IMG/VR virus record: IMGVR_UViG_642918914_000001
Coordinates: 128,001 to 192,000 of that record
Source: a virus
Lineage: Duplodnaviria > Caudoviricetes
Strand: one strand, 5' to 3'
DNA: 64,000 nucleotides
Both the position numbers and the translations under genes were made by a program. This document shows positions 1-10,377 of this stretch, one piece after another. Every line of letters starts with the position of its first letter. Position 1 is the first letter of the stretch. The notes below the pieces were generated by a model. It did not search any database, was not told the origin of the DNA, and saw only the letters and a program-made list of their open reading frames with translations.

Positions 1-925
1 TGCTACTCCCAATCTGCCGGATCAGAATGGTATCTGGGGTTCGACCTACACGAATCCGTTGATGCCTCGGTGGAAGCAGAAGCTACAGAACTTCTATATG
101 CCGTACGTGTTCGGTACTCAGACGCAGATGACGGAGAACATCGCTGTCAAGTCGCATGTGGGTGGCGCGAGTGGCACCAAGACGTTCGTGGCGCGAGTCA
201 ACGGTTATCCGTTCGACGATCAGGCGGCGTTCTCGGTCACGACTGTGAACGGGTCCTACACCTATTTGCCGAATTCGGACTACGGGTACGACGCAGTGAC
301 CGGCGTGTTCTCGTTTGATCTGACGGCAGGTACAAGCGGTGGAGCACCAGCCCTCACTGATGGAACGCAGCTGAAGTTCACGTACTACAAGAAGGGACTG
401 CAGTGCGATGGGCTGTTCATGGACACTGTGGACACGGTAGACGTGTATCCAAGCGATCAGTTCAATCAGGGTATGGCCGACATGATCAACGGCCTGAAGC
501 AGCAATACCCGAACGCGCACTTCTGCTCGAATCGTGGGTTCTCGGTTCTTAACAAGATCATCAAGAGCTGTCGATTTGTGATGTTCGAGTCTTTCCTGTC
601 GGACTACAACTTCACAACGGGAAGCTATCAGCTGGTGACGGATCCGGACAGTGTGGCGTTCAACAACGAGATCATTCAACAGCTGAACACGTTGCGCAAT
701 CAGTACACGTTCGACGTTATCGCGTTGAACTACGCGCCGAACGATTCGTCAGGGGACAGCATACGAGACACGGTGAACGCCAAAGCCTACGAACTGGGTT
801 ACATGTCGTGGCTGTCGGTCATCGATCTGAATGCGCCCCAACTGACGAATGTCAACGTGAACCCGAATGGCGTCATTCGACAGAATCAGTGGACTATCGT
901 GAGGAAGAAGAAGTATGGCAGCTAA
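1..925 (+). CDS. PelA/GH114-like endo-alpha-1,4-galactosaminidase (5'-truncated), probable virion depolymerase
   Basis: Frame is open from base 2 (…PDQNGIWGSTYTNPLMPRW…). Carries motifs DGLFMDTVD, NRGF, VMFESF and ALNY typical of GH114/PelA TIM-barrel hydrolases. Confidence 0.7.
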   Translation, partial: ATPNLPDQNGIWGSTYTNPLMPRWKQKLQNFYMPYVFGTQTQMTENIAVKSHVGGASGTKTFVARVNGYPFDDQAAFSVTTVNGSYTYLPNSDYGYDAVTGVFSFDLTAGTSGGAPALTDGTQLKFTYYKKGLQCDGLFMDTVDTVDVYPSDQFNQGMADMINGLKQQYPNAHFCSNRGFSVLNKIIKSCRFVMFESFLSDYNFTTGSYQLVTDPDSVAFNNEIIQQLNTLRNQYTFDVIALNYAPNDSSGDSIRDTVNAKAYELGYMSWLSVIDLNAPQLTNVNVNPNGVIRQNQWTIVRKKKYGS

Positions 926-1151
926 TCCGTTTCTCACCAACATTCCCGTGGTGAGCATAGTGACGGCGGTGCGCGTAGTGAATGGAGTGGAAGTCGAAAC
1001 GCCGGTTGGCGACTGCATCCGAGTGTGGGGGCGCGTTGGTAACGCCTCGCACTCCAACCAAGATGACCCACTGATCCCCACCGCCCAGAATCCGCGACTG
1101 ACTCCCACGCGGTACGATTTCATGCGCCAGAAGCCGTACGGCAAGGCATAA
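915..1151 (+). CDS. hypothetical protein
   Basis: 78-aa ORF overlapping the upstream stop and in line with the + strand unit. Confidence 0.55.
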   Translation: MAANPFLTNIPVVSIVTAVRVVNGVEVETPVGDCIRVWGRVGNASHSNQDDPLIPTAQNPRLTPTRYDFMRQKPYGKA

Positions 1152-1164
1152 CATAGGGTGACGT

Positions 1165-3444
1165 ATGACTCAATCATTGAATCTTGCTCGGTTGTCCACA
1201 TTCCTGACGGTGGATGCTTCCGGCAACATCGTTGCAAAGCAGAACCCTGCGGCGCTGGACAACACACTGAAGCTGGTGACCTCGTCCTGGAGCAATGCGG
1301 CGATCTCACAGGCGATCGCAACACTGCAGACGTCACTTAGCGGCAGCACAGGCGCCAGTCAGGTAGGGTTCATCGCAGCCGGATCTGCCGCCGTCGCTCG
1401 CAGCGTGCAAAGCGTGCTGCGCGATCGCGTGAACGTGCGGAACTACGGTGTGTTGGGCGTTGGTACTGACGACACGCTGGCACTCAGCACCATGATGGCC
1501 ACACTGCAGTCTGCCGGTCAGGTGGTAGACGTGTATTTCCCAGCAGGTCTGTATCTCGTATCAGGGTCAGGGATTGTTGGCAATCAGTTCATCGGGCGCA
1601 TTCACGGCGATGGTCCTACGGCATCTGTCATCCAGGCAGCCAGCAGCGCAATGACCAGCCCTGCGCTGTCGTTCAGCTCGACAGCGGACGGTATCACTAT
1701 CCAGGACATCGGCATCCTGGGTCCGGGTCAGGCAGCGGGTGCGGGCCAGGACGGTGTGGTGATCGCCAACGGATCGAGTCCGGTGCGTCAGCCGCGTCTC
1801 GTGAACTGTGAGGTGTACAACTGGCCAGGACGTGCATTCAACATCAGCACTCCGATCGCAGGGGTGGCCGAGAACTGCCGCGTGCAGAACAACGTGCATG
1901 GCTTCTACCTGAACGGCGGCACGAGCTTCACGTTCATCAACTGCTATCCCAACGGTAACCTGAAGTCCGGCTACTGGCTGAATGGAACAACGTACAGTGC
2001 GGCGATCGGCTGCGCAGCAGACACCAATGGCGTCGCTTGGCTGTTGTCCGGCGTCACCGTCTTCAGCATGGTGGGTTGCGGCAATGAGGCGGGGACTGCC
2101 TACAACCTGACGATCACCAACAGCAGCTTGACGTCGAACGTTGCGACCTTCACGTATTCTGGTCCCGACCAGTCGGCGGACTTCATCGGCAATGGCCGCA
2201 CCATCGTCATTCGTGGATCGACCAACATACCAGCGGCCAACGCCGGGATTTCGGGATTGGGTGATGGTCGGTGGCCAATTGCAAGTGTTGGCACCAACAC
2301 TGTGAGCATCGCGCTGACGGGCACCAATATCACTTCGGCTGCGGACGTGGGTACCGTTAGCTTCTGGGCTGGGGACGGCATCGTCAGTAATGGTTCTACC
2401 GTGATCCAAGTCATGGGTTATCGGACGATTGCTCCGGCACAGACCAGCAGCTCCATGATTGTGACCGAGGGCAGCAGCAACCAGATCACGCTTCAGGGCA
2501 TGCGCAGTACGCAAGGTAGCGGACAGGCGCAGACCACGGACATGTGGTTTGGTTCGGGTTCCAGCAACATCATTCGCATGAACAACGCGTTCAGCGGACA
2601 GACGTATCAAGGAGCCACCAACATCACGACCGTGTCCAACGGTACGTGGACTGTACCTACACTCACTGCAACGGCTGCCATCAACTCGAATGGTGCGTTG
2701 ACCCTGACGCAGTTGGCGTCGGCCTCCTCGGGATCCAACGTCAACAGTCCAGCGGTCAACCTGCTCAGTACCTACTGGACGGGCACTGCATCGGCGCAGG
2801 ACACGGTGACGATTCAGGCAAAGCCAGCCGCGTCGGGCGCCAATCCGCTGATTTCGCTCAACTTCCAGCACAGCTCAGGATCGTCTGGTGGTATGCAGCT
2901 GTCCGTGAACGGTAACGCCGTTATCACTGGCGGTGGTCAGTTCATCGGCGGAGGCGGTATCAGCACGACTGGCAACGCAGTGATTGGGGGCACGCTGAGT
3001 GTGACTGGGGTAGCGACAGGACCTACGCCCACGCCCGGAGACAACAGCACGAAGTTGGCGACCACCGCATTCGTTCAAGCTGCGATTCCTGCGGCGGGTA
3101 CCATCCCGTACGACATGCCGATGTTCTTCCCAGGAACGATGACCGCGAATCAGTTGCTGGCGCGCACCATCTTCACGCGAAACATCACGTGGCCTGTATC
3201 GCTGACCGGCACTCAGTGCAGTGCCCCTTCTGGACAAGGAGCAACCGCCAGCACCACGGTCACTCTGTACCAGAATGGAACAAGTATCGGAACGTTGACG
3301 TGGGCCGCAGGTAGCACGACGCCTACCATCACGTTCAGTGCGCAGGTCAACTGGGTAGCAGGTGACGTACTCACGATCTTTGCTCCAGCATCCCCGGACA
3401 CAACGCTGGCCAATGTAAGTCTGACTGTAGCAGCCTTCCGATAA
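1165..3444 (+). CDS. tailspike/tail fibre with pectate-lyase-like beta-helix
   Basis: VNVRNYGVLGVGTDDT…YFPAGLY (pectate_lyase_3-type start), N/G/T/S-rich beta-helix repeats, and the common fibre motif PTPGDNSTKLATTAFV. Confidence 0.8.
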   Translation: MTQSLNLARLSTFLTVDASGNIVAKQNPAALDNTLKLVTSSWSNAAISQAIATLQTSLSGSTGASQVGFIAAGSAAVARSVQSVLRDRVNVRNYGVLGVGTDDTLALSTMMATLQSAGQVVDVYFPAGLYLVSGSGIVGNQFIGRIHGDGPTASVIQAASSAMTSPALSFSSTADGITIQDIGILGPGQAAGAGQDGVVIANGSSPVRQPRLVNCEVYNWPGRAFNISTPIAGVAENCRVQNNVHGFYLNGGTSFTFINCYPNGNLKSGYWLNGTTYSAAIGCAADTNGVAWLLSGVTVFSMVGCGNEAGTAYNLTITNSSLTSNVATFTYSGPDQSADFIGNGRTIVIRGSTNIPAANAGISGLGDGRWPIASVGTNTVSIALTGTNITSAADVGTVSFWAGDGIVSNGSTVIQVMGYRTIAPAQTSSSMIVTEGSSNQITLQGMRSTQGSGQAQTTDMWFGSGSSNIIRMNNAFSGQTYQGATNITTVSNGTWTVPTLTATAAINSNGALTLTQLASASSGSNVNSPAVNLLSTYWTGTASAQDTVTIQAKPAASGANPLISLNFQHSSGSSGGMQLSVNGNAVITGGGQFIGGGGISTTGNAVIGGTLSVTGVATGPTPTPGDNSTKLATTAFVQAAIPAAGTIPYDMPMFFPGTMTANQLLARTIFTRNITWPVSLTGTQCSAPSGQGATASTTVTLYQNGTSIGTLTWAAGSTTPTITFSAQVNWVAGDVLTIFAPASPDTTLANVSLTVAAFR

Positions 3445-3471
3445 TCGCAGGCTAGGTCCAAAGGAGAATTC

Positions 3472-3876
3472 ATGACTACCGTAGTGGGAGATTGCGCGGA
3501 CTGCATCATCAGTGTCCCAAACAACAGTCTGCTGAGCATGGTGTATCGGGTGTCGGTGGACGAGGGTCAAAATCATCTGATCCGTCATCGTGGCAACGTG
3601 AATGGCTACTATCCGGCGCAATCCGTGAGCGCACAAGGCATCACGCTGGCCGCAGGTAGCAGCCATACTGTGAACGTCAGTACCTCCAGCATTCTGGTGT
3701 CAACCAACACTCCTCTGCAGATGTCGTTGGTGCAGGCTGGAGTCACGGTCACCACCATGACTGTGCGTCAGCTGATGATCGTGGACGACGCGTTCAGCAG
3801 TTTTACGCTGACCAACAACGGAACGACGGACGCTACGATCTTCCTTGCGTACACGTCTGGAAGCAGCACGCAGTAA
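3472..3876 (+). CDS. hypothetical (likely structural) protein
   Basis: AAGGAG RBS; 134-aa beta-rich ORF ending at a terminator. Confidence 0.65.
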   Translation: MTTVVGDCADCIISVPNNSLLSMVYRVSVDEGQNHLIRHRGNVNGYYPAQSVSAQGITLAAGSSHTVNVSTSSILVSTNTPLQMSLVQAGVTVTTMTVRQLMIVDDAFSSFTLTNNGTTDATIFLAYTSGSSTQ

Positions 3877-3879
3877 AGC

Positions 3880-3909
3880 AAAAAGCCCCGCTGTTTAGCG
3901 GGGCTTTTT
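3880..3909. terminator. bidirectional rho-independent terminator
   Basis: AAAAAGCCCCGCT-GTTT-AGCGGGGCTTTTT between convergent genes. Confidence 0.9.
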
Positions 3910-3918
3910 CTTTGGCAC

Positions 3919-4695
3919 TTACCACGTGATACTGGTCACTGCATCGGCGGTGTTGGCGTCTTCCACCTCACTCTTAAGCTGTTGCAGACGCTGGAAGTTT
4001 GTCCACCGGCGATCCACGATTGCGGCCAATAGCGCCTGGAGATCAGTCAACTTCAGCTTCACTCCAGTGTTATCTGCTGCCTGCCAGAAGAATCCGGTAG
4101 GAACAGAGCCTGCTGCACTGTACACAATGACCGCCGACTGCAACAGGCGCTCGCTCAAGCCGTCGGCCTGAAACTCGTTCTGCTGATAGGTGATGTTGGC
4201 CGTGGTCGACGCCATGTACGCAGCATCCAATTGCGACAGTTGGCGATTCTTGATGTCGACAAGTGTGTTGCCGCCAGACAAGGATACAGGTGTGCTATTA
4301 GCAGGCGGTTCCACACCCGCCTCAGAGATGGTAGTGATGGTGCCATCTGCCAACTTGAACATCTGTCCTCGATAGTCAGAAACGACTGTCCACTGGCCGT
4401 CTTGAATCAGCGCTACTTGATTCTCGCCGACCTTTGGCTTGTTGTAGACAGTCACCGGGGTAGACACAGCAGCCGGAAGAGCTGAAGGGGCTGGAGCCGC
4501 CATCAGCTCCGTGATGGTCCACCGATTGCCATCCCATTTGGGAACCTGCGTACTTGGCTTGAACGAAGGGGGTTCGAATTGTGTGGTGTTGGGCGGCAAC
4601 AGAACAGTGTTGCCCTGTGCACAGGTTGGATCGATCTGTGCTTGCGCCGTCCCAGTATAGAAGCCTGAGGCGTCATAGGTGTAGACTGTGATCAT
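3919..4695 (-). CDS. tail fibre assembly chaperone (Tfa-like N-terminus, DUF4376-like C-terminus)
   Basis: VYTYD…LLPPNTTQFEPP…W…DYRG, FQAD, WQAADN, C-terminal ITW; immediately downstream of the fibre gene. Confidence 0.8.
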   Translation of the reverse strand: MITVYTYDASGFYTGTAQAQIDPTCAQGNTVLLPPNTTQFEPPSFKPSTQVPKWDGNRWTITELMAAPAPSALPAAVSTPVTVYNKPKVGENQVALIQDGQWTVVSDYRGQMFKLADGTITTISEAGVEPPANSTPVSLSGGNTLVDIKNRQLSQLDAAYMASTTANITYQQNEFQADGLSERLLQSAVIVYSAAGSVPTGFFWQAADNTGVKLKLTDLQALLAAIVDRRWTNFQRLQQLKSEVEDANTADAVTSITW

Positions 4696-4702
4696 GGAGC
4701 CC

Positions 4703-6199
4703 TCAATACTTGATGATGTAGTTCATGGCCACGTTCTTAGGGGTGGTCTCGGCGCCGCCATTAACCAAGGTGCCAATACCGGTGACGTTGCCGTAGATAC
4801 CGATGCCCGTCCCGACTGCTGCTGTAGTTTCGGTGAATTGGAATTCGCCGCCACCGTAGCGCGCACTTGGCACGTAACACGAGGTATCGCCACCCGACTG
4901 ACGAAGGGTACCCAGTGTCCATGTGTGACTATGGCCTGGATCGTACACTCCGTGCGCGTGTCCCGGATCAGACACTGCGTGATTGTGTGAGCGGAAGGCA
5001 TCACCCTGATAGGTACCGAACACTCGGCCAGGATCCTGTCCACGTCCATTGTCCCAGCCTCGCACGAACACACCGCGCAGATCAGGCAGGTTGAACGTGG
5101 TGCTGCCGTTCCCGACACCATACGTCGTACCAATGACGGAGTACAGACTTGCGAACCCTGTTCGACTGATAGCAGCCGCGTTGCAAGCAAGGTATCCAGC
5201 TGGGATCGTGGTGCCTGCAAACGGCAGAATGGTACCCGGCGGAACCAACTGAGGCGGGTTCAGAATCTGATCGTAGAACAGATTCAGGCCCTCAACGTCG
5301 CAGCGGTACAGAATGACGTTGGACCCCACTTGCGGAGTATTCGGCAACGGTACATTGTTGTACGTACCGTCGTTCGTCACATTCAGGTTGAATCGGTAAT
5401 TGGAGCCGCTCGTCTGAACGTTGTTCACAGAACGGAAATAACCATCAGCAGTCTGCAGCAAGAATCCACGGTTTCCAACGGTGAGGTCTTGTGTGTTGAG
5501 TCGACTTGCCGCGATTTCCACCCATGAGGTACTGGCGTTGACTACTGGGAACGTCGTCGCGTTCAGATTACCCGCACGACTTCCCAGATAACGACGATAT
5601 GGAGTCCCCACGTTCGCCCACGAGCTCGCATTATTCTGCTCCAACAGCGACGCTTCTCCGTATGCCGACAGTTCGTGGATAGCCAGCAGCGGGGTAAGCG
5701 GATTTGCCATCAACGCAGGCGGTGCCACATCGGACCACTGGTAGATGTCGATGACCTGCGGTGCACCGGTCGGCGTCACGATTTGGAAGACGGCGGTGGA
5801 CTGGGCCAGCCGCAGCAGGCAGTTCAACACGTAAGCCGACGCGACATTGGTGCCCAACGAGCTGAACTTGGTCTGCGGCGTATTGAACACAGCCTTGGCG
5901 AACATCGTGCCATCACTCATGAACAGGGCCACTTCACCGAACTGCCACGGACCTGCATCGGGTGGGATCGTACACACAACGTTCAGCGTATTGCCGCTCA
6001 CGTTCTGCCATGCGCTGGGAGCTGCTTGATACAGTAGACTGCCGTTGATGTCAACGTCGGTTGGCTGAGGAGTGTATCCGTAGCCTGACCCAATCTTGAA
6101 GCTGTTGATCACCACGAAGATGCCGTGCTGTTGCGCGTTGGTGGCGGCTGCCAACCCCGCATTTGTGATGACCAGCAACGGACTGCTGAGATCTGCCAT
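4703..6199 (-). CDS. tail fibre protein with tail-collar domain
   Basis: N-terminal ITNAG…FGEVAL; collar motif VPPGTILPFAG…GYLACN…IGTTYG.GNGSTTFNLPDLRGVFVRGWD; HxH repeats; ETTPKNVAMNYIIKY end. Confidence 0.9.
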   Translation of the reverse strand: MADLSSPLLVITNAGLAAATNAQQHGIFVVINSFKIGSGYGYTPQPTDVDINGSLLYQAAPSAWQNVSGNTLNVVCTIPPDAGPWQFGEVALFMSDGTMFAKAVFNTPQTKFSSLGTNVASAYVLNCLLRLAQSTAVFQIVTPTGAPQVIDIYQWSDVAPPALMANPLTPLLAIHELSAYGEASLLEQNNASSWANVGTPYRRYLGSRAGNLNATTFPVVNASTSWVEIAASRLNTQDLTVGNRGFLLQTADGYFRSVNNVQTSGSNYRFNLNVTNDGTYNNVPLPNTPQVGSNVILYRCDVEGLNLFYDQILNPPQLVPPGTILPFAGTTIPAGYLACNAAAISRTGFASLYSVIGTTYGVGNGSTTFNLPDLRGVFVRGWDNGRGQDPGRVFGTYQGDAFRSHNHAVSDPGHAHGVYDPGHSHTWTLGTLRQSGGDTSCYVPSARYGGGEFQFTETTAAVGTGIGIYGNVTGIGTLVNGGAETTPKNVAMNYIIKY

Positions 6200-6220
6200 G
6201 TTGAACCTCTAACGGTAGGA

Positions 6221-7339
6221 TTAGATTTGACGCGAAGAGCGGAAATTGAGAGGCACACCACTCTGCGACTTGATCAGATTGGTGATGTACTGGTTCAGGC
6301 CGTAGTTCAGATCGAACGCAATGGGATACGAGGCCAGACACGGCGTGCTGCCAGTCACAATCAGCGCACTGGTATCCGACCACGTCACGTCCAGCAATCC
6401 ACTGCCGCTGGACGAGTTGGTGGCCGTCGTCTGCAAGAAGATAGACTGTTGATTGTTGCCTGCGTAGTCAGCGTAGAACTTGATGAAGTTCTTGCGACAT
6501 GCGAGCTGAGCCGCGTTGCTGCCACTGGTGGCGGACACGAGAGTGCCCTGCACCTGGAACTGCGAAGCGAACTGATGCAGCTCGGTGCTGGAGCTGCGTG
6601 CCTGCACACCAAGGAATCCCCAGTAGGCAGTCGGGTCAGTGATGTTGACCACTGCGCCATCCAACTGCACATAACCACGAGCGTCGCCGTCCACCCCACG
6701 AACCATGTCCGACAGTCCAGTGTACAGACTGATCGACGGATTGCTGGGCGCCGCTGGCAGGTTGATTTGCACGCCGGAGAACACTACGTTGCCCGCGAAG
6801 CGGTTGATGCCTGACAGCTTGTTGAGGCCGGTTACCAGACTGGCAGTCGGCGTGATGATCGGTCGCTGCAGATCAGACATGAACGCGGGTACAGTAGTGC
6901 CGTTCACAAGCGGTCCGTTGAAATCGCCGTACTTCGGATCACCGTAGAACGTGAACATGATCTGTCCACCGTAGATGTTGAAGTCGTTGATCAGTGGATA
7001 CGTTTGGCCAGCGGCCAGCGCCAGCGTCACATTGCTGCGATACAGACTGTCGGGCGACGGGCCAATGACCTGCGACAGTGCGTAGTCGATGGTCTTGAAC
7101 GGTGCGGCCTTCGACCCGTTGTTGACGGTGTCAGCACCAGTCGCCGTATTCACGTAGTAGGTGCCGGTCAGCGCGCCACTGTACAGGCCGTTCTGGCTAC
7201 CGAACGCGGTCAGCACTTGAAGCCGATTCCCAGGATAGGTCGAGACCTGGATGGTGGTAGGATCCACTGTGTCTCCCGCGTCCATCGGCCGATGGACGGA
7301 GTTTGCAGCGTCGTAAAAGACTGGAGTACGTTGGGTCAT
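6221..7339 (-). CDS. tail/baseplate-associated structural protein
   Basis: YYVNTATGAD…GSKAAPFKTI..AL (DUF1565-like motif); lies between the wedge and fibre genes. Confidence 0.6.
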   Translation of the reverse strand: MTQRTPVFYDAANSVHRPMDAGDTVDPTTIQVSTYPGNRLQVLTAFGSQNGLYSGALTGTYYVNTATGADTVNNGSKAAPFKTIDYALSQVIGPSPDSLYRSNVTLALAAGQTYPLINDFNIYGGQIMFTFYGDPKYGDFNGPLVNGTTVPAFMSDLQRPIITPTASLVTGLNKLSGINRFAGNVVFSGVQINLPAAPSNPSISLYTGLSDMVRGVDGDARGYVQLDGAVVNITDPTAYWGFLGVQARSSSTELHQFASQFQVQGTLVSATSGSNAAQLACRKNFIKFYADYAGNNQQSIFLQTTATNSSSGSGLLDVTWSDTSALIVTGSTPCLASYPIAFDLNYGLNQYITNLIKSQSGVPLNFRSSRQI

Positions 7340-7347
7340 GTCTTAGC

Positions 7348-8586
7348 TCAATCAGTGAGGTTCCAGTAGGGGCTAAGATATCCAGTGCCCCCTATGTCCG
7401 CAAATCCAGCAGGATTCGCCAGGATGTACTTGCGTTGTGCGCCGACCATCGCCGTGACCGCGGTGCCAATCGTCGACTGCGAAGGCGTAGCACTGTATCC
7501 AGGCACACGACCGGGACTGGTGGGCGACGTGGGAATCGGCACCCACGACACGGGACCCGCCAACAAGCGGAATCCGTTGACCTGTCCGTTGGTGCTGGCC
7601 CCGCCCATCACGTTGGTCGGCACGTCAGGACCAGTGGTCAGCTGCTGATCGGTGTACGAATACACCGGGAACTTCTTGTCACCCTGGATCAACCACGAGC
7701 TAGGTGCCGCCAGCATGTAGATAGACGGAGCGCCAGCAGGCATGTAGATCTTAGTGTTGACCGACGGATCAGTGCTGTAAGTGCTAGGTGGCGACGCACC
7801 GAAGCGCGCGAAGTTGGACATCGTGATGTCCTGCACCGCGTACATCGCAGCCGCGACGATGGTGGCCGTCGTGTAACCGGGCGCAATGTGGTCCACCATC
7901 CACAGGTCATAACTCAGATCGATCGACTGCAGGACAAGATTGTAGTTCGCAATCTCGTAGAAGAACAAGGCCAACGACGCTGGGTCGATCTGACGCAAAC
8001 CTCCTGCTGCGCTGATGCTCACATGCGACGTTGGGTACCACGTGCCTCCGTTCCAGATGGGAGTACCAATGCTGGGGTCGTTATCAGGCACGAACGACAC
8101 ATAGTCCTGCGTCCACAGGCGCTGCACTGTGAGCTGCACGCTGAGGCAGTAGTTGATGAAGTCGATGAACGACTGCGTGCCCTTGCCAAACCAATACTGA
8201 CCAATCCAGCGGCTGATGGTCTGATACTGATCGTCAGTGATAAGCCCCGCTGACTGCAGCTTCATGCCCAGCGCGTTCACCTGCTTAACTGCGATCGAGC
8301 GCTCGAACTGCGGCCAGTCGCTGAAGTCCAGCATCTGATTGGTGAGAATCTTCTGTTCAAGCGTGGGGTTCGTCACCCACATGTTGCGCAGATTGGCCAG
8401 GATCTCCGTCTTCTCATCGACAGCAGGACCCAGCACATCATCCAGCGACTGCGCGTAGTCCACATAGTATGGATTCTGCGACAGGTAAGGCGGCAACAGG
8501 ACTGACCGCGGAATGCGGTAGCCCAGTCGCTTATTCTCTTTCACGTCGGTCGACGGCTGATCCAACGTGTAGGTGAACATTCCCAT
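7348..8586 (-). CDS. baseplate wedge protein (P2 gpI/T4 gp7-like)
   Basis: WFGKGTQSFIDFI motif; position directly after the J-like gene. Confidence 0.6.
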   Translation of the reverse strand: MGMFTYTLDQPSTDVKENKRLGYRIPRSVLLPPYLSQNPYYVDYAQSLDDVLGPAVDEKTEILANLRNMWVTNPTLEQKILTNQMLDFSDWPQFERSIAVKQVNALGMKLQSAGLITDDQYQTISRWIGQYWFGKGTQSFIDFINYCLSVQLTVQRLWTQDYVSFVPDNDPSIGTPIWNGGTWYPTSHVSISAAGGLRQIDPASLALFFYEIANYNLVLQSIDLSYDLWMVDHIAPGYTTATIVAAAMYAVQDITMSNFARFGASPPSTYSTDPSVNTKIYMPAGAPSIYMLAAPSSWLIQGDKKFPVYSYTDQQLTTGPDVPTNVMGGASTNGQVNGFRLLAGPVSWVPIPTSPTSPGRVPGYSATPSQSTIGTAVTAMVGAQRKYILANPAGFADIGGTGYLSPYWNLTD

Positions 8587-10370
8587 TATTGGCCCCCAAG
8601 CAATCGGGTGGGATCCGCGTCAGTGATGGTCGGTTGCTGACGTTCGCTGTAGTAGGCGTTGACCGTGAGCGACGAAAGCGAGTTGTACCGGATCGGGAAT
8701 TCTCCGCTAGACGGCAGACCTCCTGACGGCGTGATGCTCCCGTTGTCCGTGAACGTGGTGCTGGTCGCAGGCACGTTCGCCAACAAACCCAAGCCTCCTG
8801 CCTGACGTCCCCACACTTGATACGAAGCGGCGCCCGCCACCGCAGGCCACGTCAGCGTGATCGCGTGGGTGTTGCCTGGATCAGTGATCTGCGGGAAGAT
8901 CCACTTCGTCGGATAACCGACGTCGCCGTTGGTGAGCGTAGTGCTTACCGCGTACGCATACACAAGCGGCCCCAACGTGCCCAGACTCGGAAGGATCGTG
9001 AACGTGGGCAGCGGGCTTTCGGGCGCTGTGACGATCATCGGACCAACCGGGCTGTTGACTCGAACGTACGACACTTGACCGGGACTGGCGTTGACCACCG
9101 TCTCGATCAGATCAGACGTGTAGAAGTTGGTCATCAGCAGGCCGGGGCGCGGCGCAAACAGATTTGTGAGCGCCGTAACGCTGTTCTGCTGAACCTGAGA
9201 GGGGATCGCCGAGTTGAACACGAATACATCCACGTTCACGTCCCGCGGAATTGCAATCGGGTCTTGCCACAGGAAGTATGCAGCATACATCGTCACCGAT
9301 TGGCAGTAATTGAGGAACGACTGGATCTGGTCCTGCGTCCACGGGCTGCTGGTAAGCGCCGACACGCGGATCACATTCATCCAGCGAACATCGCCTGGAT
9401 CAATCTCGCGCTGTGCCTGAGTCACAGCGTCCTTTACCCCTGGATACGTAGCGATCAACGCCTGATACTGCGACTTGGTGACCGCCGAGCTGTAGGTGCC
9501 GAAGCTGCCGGACGCCACGTTCTTGTAGGCGACGATCGACTTCTCGCTGCTGCCACCTGTCGGGTTTGAGGTAGCGACTCCGGTGATCGATGAGAAGCCG
9601 ACCACGGTCACTGCCTTGTTCAACGTGATGATCGAGTCGCCCGCCTGTCCCTGTGTGACCGGATAGCTGATGGTCACGATATCGTTGACCTGAGGGATCG
9701 TACCGAACTGGCCGCTGACCCCGCCCAAGTTGCCGAACACCGTGATCAGACGACCGTCCGACAGCGTGAGGTCGGCGAACGCAGGCAATCCGTCGTAGTT
9801 CCACAGCGTGCCGAACGACTTGGGAATGAACGTGCCGTTGACTTGCACCCAGACGTCCTGGTCCGAGATCACAAAGCTGTCCTGAGTCGAAACCCATGTC
9901 TGCCGTTCGGTGCCCAAACCTGCCATGCCATAGCTGTAGATCTGGCCTTCGTACAGCGTAACCGTGGTCGGGCTGTTTGCCGCCAGCGTCAGCTGCTGAC
10001 GGTTGAAGAAGTAGTTCCCAGCGCAGCTGAATTGAGTCAGCGGGGGAATGGAAACAACGCTGGAGCTGGTCAGCGTCACGGTCATCGCGCTCGGCAGCCA
10101 GCGTGTGATGCGCAGCCCCTGCATCTGCGCGATGGACAGGATGGCGTCATCGGACAGTGCAGTTTCCGCGTACGCATCCTCGTACGAACGACGGATACGA
10201 CCCTGCGCAAAAGTGCCGACGGCCGACGCGAAATCGACGAGCGTGCTGCTGGTCTGGGTAGGCAGCGTGCCCTTCCAGCTTTGACGAGTCTGCAGGTTGG
10301 ACTGGAACTGCGAGACGAACTGATCGAAGTCGACTGTGGCGTCGCTCAGGGTGAGTACGGTACTTGGCAT
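8586..10370 (-). CDS. baseplate wedge subunit (gp6/J-like) with C-terminal Fn3-like domain
   Basis: ETALSDDAIL, ITVFGN…GTIP, GG…S, AVTKSQY; Fn3-like ITLTWPAVAGAASYQVW. Confidence 0.8.
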   Translation of the reverse strand: MPSTVLTLSDATVDFDQFVSQFQSNLQTRQSWKGTLPTQTSSTLVDFASAVGTFAQGRIRRSYEDAYAETALSDDAILSIAQMQGLRITRWLPSAMTVTLTSSSVVSIPPLTQFSCAGNYFFNRQQLTLAANSPTTVTLYEGQIYSYGMAGLGTERQTWVSTQDSFVISDQDVWVQVNGTFIPKSFGTLWNYDGLPAFADLTLSDGRLITVFGNLGGVSGQFGTIPQVNDIVTISYPVTQGQAGDSIITLNKAVTVVGFSSITGVATSNPTGGSSEKSIVAYKNVASGSFGTYSSAVTKSQYQALIATYPGVKDAVTQAQREIDPGDVRWMNVIRVSALTSSPWTQDQIQSFLNYCQSVTMYAAYFLWQDPIAIPRDVNVDVFVFNSAIPSQVQQNSVTALTNLFAPRPGLLMTNFYTSDLIETVVNASPGQVSYVRVNSPVGPMIVTAPESPLPTFTILPSLGTLGPLVYAYAVSTTLTNGDVGYPTKWIFPQITDPGNTHAITLTWPAVAGAASYQVWGRQAGGLGLLANVPATSTTFTDNGSITPSGGLPSSGEFPIRYNSLSSLTVNAYYSERQQPTITDADPTRLLGGQ

Positions 10371-10377
10371 AGCTCGC

